From the NCBI GenBank assembly GCA_963600995.1, contig CAVCDT010000004.1, forward strand, positions 1 to 39,550: a stretch of DNA of 39,550 bases. Direction: 5' to 3'. A program made the translations under genes and the position numbers. Positions 8,474 through 17,162 of the stretch are shown one piece after another (position 1 is the first letter of the stretch; the number at the start of each line of letters is the position of its first letter). This DNA is from Akkermansia muciniphila (GTDB lineage Bacteria > Actinomycetota > Coriobacteriia > Coriobacteriales > QAMH01). The notes below the pieces were generated by a model, which was given only the letters and a program-made list of their open reading frames with translations, was not told the origin of the DNA and did no database searches.

Positions 8474-9604
8474 ATGGCCCGCAGCACTAACAACAAGAAG
8501 CTTGACTACGAACTCGAAGGCAGCGTTGACGAGGCCCTCAAGCTGACGACCGCAGCGATCGAGAAGAAGTTCGGCAAAGGCTCGATCATGAAGCTGGGAG
8601 AGAGCGGATCCGCCCTCGACGTCGAGGTCATCCCCACAGGTTCGCTTGCGCTCGATGCCGCTTTGGGTATCGGAGGCGTTCCCAAGGGGCGCATCATCGA
8701 GATCTACGGCCCGGAATCCAGCGGCAAGACCACGCTCGCACTGCAGATATTGGCAGAGTCCCAGGCGCAGGGCGGCAAGGTAGCGTTCATCGATGCGGAG
8801 CATGCCCTCGATCCCGTGTATGCGGCAAAGCTCGGCGTCGACATCGACGAGCTGCTCATCTCCCAGCCGGACACCGGTGAGGAGGGCTTGGAGATCTGCG
8901 ACATGCTCGTGCGCTCCAATGCCATTGACTGCGTCATCGTCGACTCTGTCGCAGCGCTTGTCCCTAGGGCAGAGATAGAGGGAGAGATCGGTGATACGAG
9001 CGTCGGCCTGCAAGCGCGTCTGATGAGCCAGGCTATGCGCAAGCTCGCAGGTTCGCTCTCCAAATCCAAGACCACCTGCATCTTCATCAACCAGCTGCGC
9101 GAGAAGATCGGCGTGATGTTCGGCAACCCGGAGACCACGACCGGCGGCCGAGCGCTCAAGTTCTACTCCTCCGTGCGCATGGACATTCGCCGCATCGACA
9201 CCATCAAGGAGAAAAACGAGGCCATCGGCAACCGCGTGCGCGTCAAGGTTGTCAAGAACAAATGCGCCGCGCCGTTTAGGCAGGCGGAGTTCGACCTCAT
9301 GTACGGAGAGGGCATCTCGCGTGAGGGCAATATCTTGGATATGGCCGTCGACGAGGGTATCGTCACCAAGAGCGGCGCCTGGTATACCTACGGCCAGGAG
9401 CGCCTCGGCCAGGGCAGGGAGGCCGCAAAGGAGACCATGAGGACCAATCCCGCCTTGCGCGAGGAGATCGAGACCAAGGTACGCTTGGCTATCGGGCTTA
9501 TCAGCGAGGAGGAGGCCGCTGCCGTCATCGGTGCCTCAGCTCCGGACGATGCACAATCCGCTGTCGACGACGACCTGCCCATCTCCTTCGAGGTCGCAGA
9601 ATAG
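8474..9604 (+). CDS. recA: Recombinase RecA
   Basis: Walker [10 protein letters not shown]; also [61 protein letters not shown] at 8474 is preferred over the 17-codon extension of track ORF 8423, because the extension would overlap the promoter and SOS box. Confidence 0.97.
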   Translation: MARSTNNKKLDYELEGSVDEALKLTTAAIEKKFGKGSIMKLGESGSALDVEVIPTGSLALDAALGIGGVPKGRIIEIYGPESSGKTTLALQILAESQAQGGKVAFIDAEHALDPVYAAKLGVDIDELLISQPDTGEEGLEICDMLVRSNAIDCVIVDSVAALVPRAEIEGEIGDTSVGLQARLMSQAMRKLAGSLSKSKTTCIFINQLREKIGVMFGNPETTTGGRALKFYSSVRMDIRRIDTIKEKNEAIGNRVRVKVVKNKCAAPFRQAEFDLMYGEGISREGNILDMAVDEGIVTKSGAWYTYGQERLGQGREAAKETMRTNPALREEIETKVRLAIGLISEEEAAAVIGASAPDDAQSAVDDDLPISFEVAE

Positions 9605-9609
9605 CCTGC

Positions 9610-10155
9610 ATGAAGCTCAACCTGACACAGGGCAGCTGCAGCGTAGACATAAGTGAGCTCTTTGCCCATGCAGAGCCGCCCACGGGGCCTTTGTTCTCAG
9701 ACGAGCAGCATTGCAAGGCAATGGACAAGATCGCCGCGCTTGCAAGGGTTCGAGAGCGCACGCCCAAGGAGTGCCTCGAGCGTTTGCTTGCAGCGGGTTT
9801 CGAGCAAGAGGTGGCCGAGCATGCTGTGAGCCGGGCGGTCGAGTGCGGACTTGTTGACGAGTCGCGCTATGCGGCCGCCCTCATCAAGGGCAAGGTCCAT
9901 CAAGGCTGGGGCAGGCGCAAGATCCTCATGCGCCTTGCCCAAGACGGTGTGAGCGCCCAGGCGATCGATGCGTGCAGCGACTGCTTTGCCAGCGAGCAAG
10001 AGGAATACGAGCAGGCGCTCTTGGAGCTGGGAAAGAAGAGCGTGAGGTCGAAGAACCCCCGTGCGACTTTGGTACGGCGCCTGCTGCAGAAGGGTTACTC
10101 CCAGGACATGGCCCTGCGAGCGGTGGATGAATTTATCTCTCAGGCTGTACAGTAA
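9610..10155 (+). CDS. recX: Recombination regulator RecX
   Basis: Lies immediately after recA. Helical repeat protein with RecX-like segments (ECLERLLAAGF..., VDESRYAAALIKGKVHQGWGRRKILMRLAQDGV, LVRRLLQKGYSQDMA). The start could instead be the internal ATG at 9721. Confidence 0.82.
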   Translation: MKLNLTQGSCSVDISELFAHAEPPTGPLFSDEQHCKAMDKIAALARVRERTPKECLERLLAAGFEQEVAEHAVSRAVECGLVDESRYAAALIKGKVHQGWGRRKILMRLAQDGVSAQAIDACSDCFASEQEEYEQALLELGKKSVRSKNPRATLVRRLLQKGYSQDMALRAVDEFISQAVQ

Positions 10156-10335
10156 TTATCTTTCGATGTGATACCATAGTGGGCGGTTTCATCTGTTCCA
10201 CGCTCATGCGTGTTTTTATTTACTGTTTCAAGGCTTTGTTTGAAAAGGGCTGATGGTGTCCTGCCTGACGACGTAATTGCATAGTGCCAACCACCTCTAC
10301 CAAGACCGTGCTTGGCTTGTAGCTTGGTGTAGATG

Positions 10336-10363
10336 ATGCCGGATGTCCAGTCCGGCATTTTTA
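10336..10363 (+). terminator. Terminator-like hairpin in the recX-rny spacer
   Basis: ATGCCGGA (10336-10343) pairs with TCCGGCAT (10351-10358) across a 7-nt loop, followed by TTTTAC. It overlaps a second possible helix (see findings). Confidence 0.5.
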
Positions 10364-10441
10364 CTGTCTGGACATCTTTGACTAGCCAACAAAAAAACAA
10401 GACAAGCAACAGACCAAGAAAGAAGGGGGAGGTAGCAGGAT

Positions 10442-12043
10442 ATGACACTAGGGATAGTTCCGGTTATCGTCATCTGCGTCGTTGTCGCAGTCGTATGCCT
10501 CGGCATCGGCTACGCCGTTAACAACTCCCGCGTCGCCAACGAGGCAAATGGCAAGATCGCGGAAGCAAACAAGAAGATAGCCGAGGCCGAGCGCAAAGTG
10601 GCCGATGCCGCAAGCGAGGCAGATCGCAAGATCGCCGACGCCAACAGCGAGGCAGACAACATCAAACGCTCTGCAGCACTCGTCGCCAAGGACGAGGCAC
10701 TCGAGATTAAGCACCGCGCAGAGGAGGAGGCCCGCGAGCAGAATCGCACCATCAAGGCCCGCGAGGACCGTCTGATCAGCCGCGAGGAGTCCTGCGACCG
10801 CCGCGTCGAGTCCCTCGATGCGCGCGAGCAGCAGCTCAACAGCGAGGCTTCCCAGATGGAGGCAGACCGCGACCGCCTCGACAGTATGCTCGACGAGGTC
10901 GACCAGCGCCTGAGCACCGTCGCAGCCATGAGCCGCGAGGAGGCGCGCGACGAGCTTCTCGCCTCTGTCAAAGAGGACGTTACGCGCGAGTCCGCCCAGA
11001 TCATACGCGACGCAGAGTCGCAGGTAAGGGCCGAGTGCGACCGCAAGTCGCGCGAGATCCTCTCCGTTGCCATCCAGCGCATGGCCGCCGATTACACCGC
11101 AGAGCGCACGGTGACCTCCGTCACCATCCCGTCCGACGACGTCAAGGGCCGCATCATCGGCCGCGAGGGTCGCAACATCCGCTCCTTCGAGCAGATCACC
11201 GGCGTCAACCTCATCATCGATGACACCCCCGAGACCGTGACCCTCTCGTGCTTCGACCCCGTCCGCCGCGAGACCGCGCGCATCGCGCTCGAGAACCTCA
11301 TCGCCGACGGCCGCATCCATCCGGCCCGCATCGAGGAGATGTTCAAGAAGGCCGCTGCCTTCGTCGAGCAGCAGGTGCAGGAGGCAGGCGAGCAGGCCAC
11401 CTTCGACATGGGCATCCATGATCTCCATCCGGAGCTCGTCAAGACCCTCGGCCGCCTCAAGTACCGCACCTCTTACGGGCAAAACGTCTTGCAGCACTCC
11501 CTCGAGGTTGCGACGCTCGCCGGTGCCATGGCGTCCGAGCTCGGACTCGATCCGGTAAGCGCCAAGCGCGCAGGACTCCTGCACGACTTGGGCAAGGCCG
11601 TCGACCATGAGGTCGAGGGCTCCCATGCGGTTATCGGCGCAGACCTCGCTCGCCGCTACAAGGAGAGCGCGGCCATCGTCCATGCCATCGAGGCGCATCA
11701 TGCCGATGTCGAGCCCTCTACCGTGCTCGCCGTGCTCATCCAGGCGGCAGACGCTGTGAGCGCTGCACGCCCCGGTGCTCGCCGCGAGAGCTACGAGAAC
11801 TACATCAAGCGCCTCGAGAAGCTCGAGGCCATCGCCAACTCGCATGACGGCGTCGAGAAGACCTACGCCATGCAGGCGGGTCGCGAGGTTCGCGTCATGG
11901 TTCAGCCCGATAAGATCGACGATGCCAAGGCGACGGTGCTTGCGCATGATATCGCCAAGCAGATCGAGGATGAGATGGAGTATCCCGGCCAAATCCACGT
12001 CGTCGTCATCCGCGAGTCGCGCGCCGAGGGCCTCGCAAAGTAG
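10442..12043 (+). CDS. rny: Ribonuclease Y
   Basis: N-terminal TM helix, a coiled-coil ([19 protein letters not shown]...), a KH domain ([26 protein letters not shown]) and an HD domain ([12 protein letters not shown]...HH). RBS GGGGGAGG. Confidence 0.95.
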   Translation: MTLGIVPVIVICVVVAVVCLGIGYAVNNSRVANEANGKIAEANKKIAEAERKVADAASEADRKIADANSEADNIKRSAALVAKDEALEIKHRAEEEAREQNRTIKAREDRLISREESCDRRVESLDAREQQLNSEASQMEADRDRLDSMLDEVDQRLSTVAAMSREEARDELLASVKEDVTRESAQIIRDAESQVRAECDRKSREILSVAIQRMAADYTAERTVTSVTIPSDDVKGRIIGREGRNIRSFEQITGVNLIIDDTPETVTLSCFDPVRRETARIALENLIADGRIHPARIEEMFKKAAAFVEQQVQEAGEQATFDMGIHDLHPELVKTLGRLKYRTSYGQNVLQHSLEVATLAGAMASELGLDPVSAKRAGLLHDLGKAVDHEVEGSHAVIGADLARRYKESAAIVHAIEAHHADVEPSTVLAVLIQAADAVSAARPGARRESYENYIKRLEKLEAIANSHDGVEKTYAMQAGREVRVMVQPDKIDDAKATVLAHDIAKQIEDEMEYPGQIHVVVIRESRAEGLAK

Positions 12044-12096
12044 CGAGGCGCCGGGCAGGTGCTGGCGGCGACGCATGGCATAGAGCTGCTTCGAGA

Positions 12097-12126
12097 GGCG
12101 GCGGTCTGAAAGGGCCGCCGCCTTTT
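12097..12126 (+). terminator. Rho-independent terminator after rny
   Basis: GGCGGCGG (12097-12104) pairs with CCGCCGCC (12115-12122), followed by TTTT. Confidence 0.7.
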
Positions 12127-12312
12127 GCTATACGGGTATCGGGTTGATCGCCTTTTTCGTGCGCTTTGCCTGCGCCCTTGCACCCATTGGTAACCCTGCG
12201 AGCTGCCTTTGGCCGCAAGCCTCAACCTATAATGGCTCATAGAGCGCGAGCGCCCGCAAAGGGCCCGTCCGCATCTCCCGTACACAGACAAGCGCGCAAA
12301 GGAAGGCAGCAT

Positions 12313-13377
12313 ATGGCCCAGAGCCTTGCAGATTTCGTTCATGCGGTTTCAGGTGACGAGCATCTCACCGTCGAGGAGAACCTCGGCGAGGGCTTCGTCC
12401 GCCTCAAGACGGCCGAGGCGGAGCGTCGCCAGGCAAAGCACGATATTCGCGCTGTCGAGGACATCGTGGTCGAGATGCTCCGCAACAGCCGCGATGCCCA
12501 TGCGCGTAACATCTACCTGGCCACTGCGCGCGAGGGAAACCTCAAGACGCTCGTCTTCATCGACGACGGTGACGGTGTGCCCGTCGCGTTGCAGGAGCGC
12601 ATCTTCGAACCGCGCGTCACCTCCAAGCTTGACACCATGGTCGTCGACAAGTGGGGAGTGCACGGGCGCGGCATGGCCCTCTACTCTATCAAGAGCAACA
12701 CGACCCAGGCAGCCGTGGTAGCCGGGGACGCGGGCCTGGGCTCGAGCTTCAAGGTCGAGATCGACTTGAACGAGCTTTCCGAGAAGGCGGACCAGTCGAC
12801 CTACCCCAAGCTCGTGCGCGGTGACGACGAGTCGCTCGTCGTGTCGTCGGGGCCGCATAACATCATCCGCAATATCGTCGAGTTCTGCCTCGAGCATCGC
12901 GACAAGGTCAATGTCTACTACGGCTCCTTCACCGATATCGTCGCGCGCCTCTACGCAGACGGCCGCAAGCGCCTTTCCGACGACCAGATGTTCTTCTGCG
13001 ACGACGTCGATGACCTGCCCGTGGCCTTGCGTCCCGCGGCCTGTGCCGACGCCCTCGAGCTTGTCGCCGCGTGCCGTTCGATCGCCTTGCCGATATCCGA
13101 GCGCACTGCGCATCGCATCATCGCCGGGCAGATCGCCCCTGCGGATTGCCCGCTCTCGCGCATCGTGCCGCAGAAACCCAAGGACAAGAAGGTCGACTTG
13201 TACCGTGACAACCGCGGGCTCAAGATCTCCAAGGAGGACCTCGTGGCTTTTAGCGATGCATCGTCGAGGACCTTCAACGCCCTTGCCGAGCGCTACTATC
13301 TCAAGCTCAAGGGAGACCCCAAGGTGTCTGTGGGAAAGGACACGATTACAGTGAAATTCCACATCGACAAAGGCTAG
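12313..13377 (+). CDS. Stand-alone GHKL/HATPase_c-type ATP-binding protein with uncharacterised C-terminal half
   Basis: Bergerat-fold motifs: N box EMLRNSRDAHA, G1 FIDDGDGV, FEPRVTSK, G2 GVHGRGMALYSI. No TM segment and no recognisable DHp/His box. ATG 12313 follows RBS AGGAAGG. An in-frame ATG at 12232 and the track start 12166 are less likely. Confidence 0.7.
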   Translation: MAQSLADFVHAVSGDEHLTVEENLGEGFVRLKTAEAERRQAKHDIRAVEDIVVEMLRNSRDAHARNIYLATAREGNLKTLVFIDDGDGVPVALQERIFEPRVTSKLDTMVVDKWGVHGRGMALYSIKSNTTQAAVVAGDAGLGSSFKVEIDLNELSEKADQSTYPKLVRGDDESLVVSSGPHNIIRNIVEFCLEHRDKVNVYYGSFTDIVARLYADGRKRLSDDQMFFCDDVDDLPVALRPAACADALELVAACRSIALPISERTAHRIIAGQIAPADCPLSRIVPQKPKDKKVDLYRDNRGLKISKEDLVAFSDASSRTFNALAERYYLKLKGDPKVSVGKDTITVKFHIDKG

Positions 13378-13440
13378 ATGGGGCTAGACTATCTGGGCTA
13401 AATCGGAGCGTTTAAGACTCCCTTAAGAGCATATGGAGGC

Positions 13441-15306
13441 ATGAGAAGGTATATGCAGATGAAACGAAGCAAAAGCACACTGAGAAAGATCTGCTCGGCT
13501 GTTGCATGCGGTGCTTTGACGCTGAGCATGATGCCCGTGGCTGCTGTGAGCGCCTATGCGCAAGAGGCGGACGCGTCGCAGGGCGCAGCGCAAGGCGAGA
13601 CTGCAGGCAGCGGGTCGGATGCGGGCGCAGGAACTGCTGCAGGTGAGGCAGCGGATAGCGGCAACAATGCCGATAGCACGAGCGGTTCCGGTGCTTCAGA
13701 CGGCTCCGGTAGCGCCGATGGCGGCGCCGCATCGGACGGGGACGGTACGGATACAGACCCTGAGCCCACACCCGATCCGACTCCTACGCCCGACCCGACC
13801 CCGGCGCCGGATACCAACAAGCTCAACTCCAAGGTGAAGCCCTACCTCACCTTGTCTTACGCCTACAGCCATGCCAGCAACGCGAGCCAGAAGTGGAGCA
13901 CAGTCAAGGTCGACGGGGCGAAGACCATCGTGCCGGGTACCAAGGCAACCGTTACCACGACCTCGACCACCAAGCGCATCGAATGCGTGCGCCTCGAGGT
14001 AGGGCTTGCGGGCCAGAAGCTCGATGACGCCATCAAGAAGACCTACAAGATGGGCATAAAGTACAAGGTGCTCTCCGGCAGCAAATGGAGCGCCTGGGCC
14101 AAAAACGGCGAGAGCGTCGGCACCGACGGCACCAAGCTCCAGGCTATCCAGATCAAGCTCACGGGCACGGCTGCCAAGTACTACTCCGTCCACTACCGCG
14201 TGAAGACGCGCGGCACCTCGTGGCTCGGATGGGCCAGCAACGGGGCCAAGGCGGGTACGAGCGGTATCCTGCGCGATGTATCCGATCTGCAGGTCGTGAT
14301 TAAGAAGAAGGCCAAGGCCGCACCCGGGTCGTCCGAGGCCGCCTTCATCACCAGCGACAGCGACAAGGCGACTTACTCGCTCTATACCGCTAACGGCTCG
14401 ACTGCCAAGGCGTCCAAGCTCGGCGATAGCGCGGGCAAGGCCTCTAAGAACGCCTCTGATGGCATCGGCATCGCCGTTAAGAACAGCTCCAAGGTGGTCT
14501 CCGGTTACTTCACCTACAAGGTCTACCAAAAGACAAAGGGGCTGTCCGCAGTCGCCAAATCCGGCAAGCGCGCAGGCGTCAAGAACAAGAGCTACCCCGT
14601 CACGGCTATCTCGATCAACCGCGCCGGCAAGCTCAAGAGCTACTACGACGTCTACTACCGCGTCTACGTCAAGAACTACGGTTGGATGGGCTGGGCGAAG
14701 AACGGCCAGCTCGCCGGCAGCAAGGTGTTCGATGGCTTCAACGTGAGCGCCTACCAGGTCGCCCTCGTCTACAAGGGCGGCGTCGCCCCGGGCAGCACCA
14801 GCAACTACTACTCTGATTCCAACGGCGTCCTCAAGAAGTCCTCGGAAAAGCTCGCCCTCGCCAAGGCCAAGGCAAGGCTCGACGCCAAGGCCAAGAAGAC
14901 GAGCTCTGCCACGGGTTATCTGCTCCTGTGTGACCGCTCCACGTGCTATACAGCCGTCTACACGGGCAGCAAGGGCCATTGGAAGCGCGTGAAGTTCTGG
15001 CAGTGCTGCGTGGGCGCATCCGGCACGCCCACACCCACGGGCTCTTATACCGTCGAAGGCAAGGAGTACGTGTTCCATGGCGAGGAGAACTCCTACAGCT
15101 GCTATTACGGCGTCGTGTTCGACAGCGGCCGCGAGCTGATGTTCCATAGCGTTGGCTACAAGAACAACGGCAGCCAGAAAGACAAGGACATCATCTTTTC
15201 CAACCTGGGCTCCTGGGCCTCTCACGGCTGCGTGCGCCTCAAGCTCGCCAACGCCAAATGGCTCTACGATAATCTGACCACCGGCACCAAGGTCGTGATC
15301 TTCTAG
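13441..15306 (+). CDS. Secreted L,D-transpeptidase (YkuD domain) with ChW-like repeats
   Basis: Signal peptide (KSTLRKICSAVACGALTLSMMPVAAVSAYA), a Gly/Ser/Asp/Ala plus PTPDPTP low-complexity linker, and four W-containing repeats (e.g. KWSAWAKNGESVGTDGTKLQAIQIKL, YGWMGWAKNGQLAGS). The C-terminal YkuD catalytic motif reads FHSVG...SHGCVRL. The start may be ATG 13453 or 13459. Confidence 0.85.
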   Translation: MRRYMQMKRSKSTLRKICSAVACGALTLSMMPVAAVSAYAQEADASQGAAQGETAGSGSDAGAGTAAGEAADSGNNADSTSGSGASDGSGSADGGAASDGDGTDTDPEPTPDPTPTPDPTPAPDTNKLNSKVKPYLTLSYAYSHASNASQKWSTVKVDGAKTIVPGTKATVTTTSTTKRIECVRLEVGLAGQKLDDAIKKTYKMGIKYKVLSGSKWSAWAKNGESVGTDGTKLQAIQIKLTGTAAKYYSVHYRVKTRGTSWLGWASNGAKAGTSGILRDVSDLQVVIKKKAKAAPGSSEAAFITSDSDKATYSLYTANGSTAKASKLGDSAGKASKNASDGIGIAVKNSSKVVSGYFTYKVYQKTKGLSAVAKSGKRAGVKNKSYPVTAISINRAGKLKSYYDVYYRVYVKNYGWMGWAKNGQLAGSKVFDGFNVSAYQVALVYKGGVAPGSTSNYYSDSNGVLKKSSEKLALAKAKARLDAKAKKTSSATGYLLLCDRSTCYTAVYTGSKGHWKRVKFWQCCVGASGTPTPTGSYTVEGKEYVFHGEENSYSCYYGVVFDSGRELMFHSVGYKNNGSQKDKDIIFSNLGSWASHGCVRLKLANAKWLYDNLTTGTKVVIF

Positions 15307-15353
15307 GTTTCATATCACTATGCAGATAAGCCCGCTTGCGGGCTTGCAGGGGA

Positions 15354-15393
15354 GGGCGGCGCTCTACAGTGGAGCTGCCGCCCTTCTGGTTTT
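15354..15393 (+). terminator. Rho-independent terminator after the L,D-transpeptidase gene (second of two hairpins)
   Basis: GGGCGGCGCTC pairs with GAGCtGCCGCCC (15354-15383), followed by TTCTGGTTTT. A smaller hairpin AAGCCCGC/GCGGGCTT sits at 15328-15345. Confidence 0.7.
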
Positions 15394-15485
15394 GCAAACG
15401 TGTTAGATTGTTTGCAATTACCGTAGGGCTTTTGGTGGGAGCGAATGCGCCAGGGCGTTGCATGTTAATGAGAGCGGGAGGTAGT

Positions 15486-16130
15486 ATGGACGCAGACGGG
15501 TACTTGAGATGGCTTTTGTCGAGCAAGGGCCTTAAGCGCGCGACTTGCCTGTCGCGCGTGAGCAACTGCGCCAAGGTCGAGCGCTACGAGGGCGACCTCG
15601 ACGCCTTCTATGCCCAAGACCGCCTCGGAGCGCTGTTGGCGCGCCTTACCTATACCACCGATGACGAGCGCCGCGATGCCCGCTCCAAGCACAGCATCCC
15701 CGTCAAGGGAAACCTGCGTCGCACCACGGCCACCCTCAAGAGCGCAGTGGTCCTCTATCGGGACTTTCGCGACTCGCAGCATCTCGACGTGCTCCTGGCC
15801 TCGCATTCGCAAGACGAGACTGCGCATCTGCAACGGCATATGCTCTGGGGCACCGCATTCATGCATCGCTATCCCAGCCAGCTCGAGTCGCTTCATAACG
15901 ATGCGATTTTCTCGCTGCTCGTCGACCAAGTCGACCGTGAGCTTGTGCAAGGGGAGCATGATGAGCTCGAGCAGATAACAGGGCAGGTCTTTGCCCGCTG
16001 CGAGCCCGAACGCCGCTTTGCGGAGCTCAAGGGCATCGTCGACGATGTTGTTGACAGCGGGTACCGCGTATCGGCCGCATATGTGTCGGTCTACTGCGCT
16101 ATGAAGATCTTGGATTTGGCTCGTGGCTGA
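15486..16130 (+). CDS. Hypothetical protein (no family recognised)
   Basis: ATG 15486 lies 6 nt after GGGAGG. The 214-aa soluble protein starts MDADGYLRWLLSSKGLKRATCLSRVSNCAKVERYEGDLDAFY. The upstream 50 codons of track ORF 15336 run through the terminators and are rejected. Confidence 0.6.
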   Translation: MDADGYLRWLLSSKGLKRATCLSRVSNCAKVERYEGDLDAFYAQDRLGALLARLTYTTDDERRDARSKHSIPVKGNLRRTTATLKSAVVLYRDFRDSQHLDVLLASHSQDETAHLQRHMLWGTAFMHRYPSQLESLHNDAIFSLLVDQVDRELVQGEHDELEQITGQVFARCEPERRFAELKGIVDDVVDSGYRVSAAYVSVYCAMKILDLARG

Positions 16131-16175
16131 GCACGAGACCGCATACCGCCGCTAAAGGAGACAGGGGAGGCATCC

Positions 16176-17033
16176 ATGCCCAAAAACATCGCCGTGATCG
16201 ACATCGGGTCGAACAGCTCGCGGCTCAACGTCTATGCCCTCGATAGCGAGGGGGCTTTCGAGGACCTCGCCTTCGAGCGGATCCCCACGGGCCTTGCCAG
16301 CTGCGTCGAGGCGGGCAACAGGGTGAACGAACGCGGCATCGAGTTGGCGACCAGCTCTGTGAGCGCGCTTGCCGCCCATGCTCGGCAAAGCGCGGATATC
16401 GAGAGCATCTATGTCTTCGCCACTGCCTCCCTGCGCGGAAGGTCCAACGCCCAAGAGGTTATCCGGGCTGTCGAGGGTGCCTGCGGCCTCGACGTGGAGA
16501 TCATCAGCGGTGAGGAGGAGGCCGCCTGCGGTTTTGCGAGCCTGGCTGGGCGCTTTAAGGCGCCTTGCGCGGTTATGGCAGATGTGGGAGGCGGCTCGAC
16601 GGAGCTCGTCGTCGCCTGCGATGGAAAGCCCGTCCTCATCAGGAGCCTGCCCTTGGGCTCACGTGCCCTCACCGCGCGCTTTGTGCGCGATGCCTGGCCC
16701 GCGCCGGAGGAGATAGAGGCCATGCGCGGCTGCATCGCTAGCGAGCTTGCTTTCTGCAGCGGCTTGGAGCTTCCCCAGGCGCCCGTGCTCTTTGGGATCG
16801 GGGGGACGGCGCGCGCCCTGCAGGGGATCGCTACGGGCAACAAGGTGCTATTTAGCGCGGGGCTGCGCGAACAAGTCGAGCGCTCTTGCCCGGAAAGGCT
16901 CGATACCATGGCGGCCGGTGCCTTGATATTCCAGGGCCTCTTCGAGGTGTTCAAACCGTCCTGCTTTATAGCCAGCGATGCCAATCCCCGCGAGGGTTAT
17001 CTCATCCGCCATGTGATAGGGCGCGCAGACTGA
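16176..17033 (+). CDS. Ppx/GppA family phosphatase (exopolyphosphatase-like, two-domain short form)
   Basis: ASKHA-fold phosphate-1 motif IAVIDIGSNSSRLNVY and the later DVGGGSTELV motif; 285 aa; RBS AAAGGAGA...GGGAGG. Confidence 0.85.
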   Translation: MPKNIAVIDIGSNSSRLNVYALDSEGAFEDLAFERIPTGLASCVEAGNRVNERGIELATSSVSALAAHARQSADIESIYVFATASLRGRSNAQEVIRAVEGACGLDVEIISGEEEAACGFASLAGRFKAPCAVMADVGGGSTELVVACDGKPVLIRSLPLGSRALTARFVRDAWPAPEEIEAMRGCIASELAFCSGLELPQAPVLFGIGGTARALQGIATGNKVLFSAGLREQVERSCPERLDTMAAGALIFQGLFEVFKPSCFIASDANPREGYLIRHVIGRAD

Positions 17034-17162
17034 CGTTTACGGGTTTTCAGGGCCCAAAGAGAATTCTCTCGCTCGAAACCAATCGACTAGGTTTAGAATA
17101 CGCTTTAACAATTTGGCATAACCTTCTCACATAATGTGATTTAGTCGAAAGAGAGACCAGCG

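Noticed and set aside
8185-8496. ORFs in the pgsA-recA gap (8185..8496 -, 8229..8471 -, 8290..8490 +).
   Set aside because: They have no RBS and run across the recA promoter, SOS box and start. Their composition is not protein-like. The region is treated as non-coding, with a possible RNA element reported separately.
10140-10448. 102-aa minus-strand ORF with a hydrophobic N-terminus in the recX-rny spacer.
   Set aside because: The hydrophobic stretch derives from the A-run preceding the rny RBS. The ORF has no RBS and its start overlaps the rny start codon region, so it is probably spurious.
12166-12312. N-terminal extensions of track ORFs (8423, 12166, 15336, 20016, 24645, 26325, 28386, 29655, 32804/32908, 33969, 35056).
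   Set aside because: The extensions cross terminators or promoters, are Arg/Pro/Cys-rich, and in each case an internal ATG (or TTG) with a proper Shine-Dalgarno begins the recognisable conserved N-terminus.
13750-13818. PTPDPTP-coding short tandem repeats, and GC-rich repeats in other linkers (ftsK, TetR tail), as possible CRISPR/VNTR elements.
   Set aside because: They are in-frame low-complexity coding sequence with imperfect short periods and have no repeat-spacer architecture.
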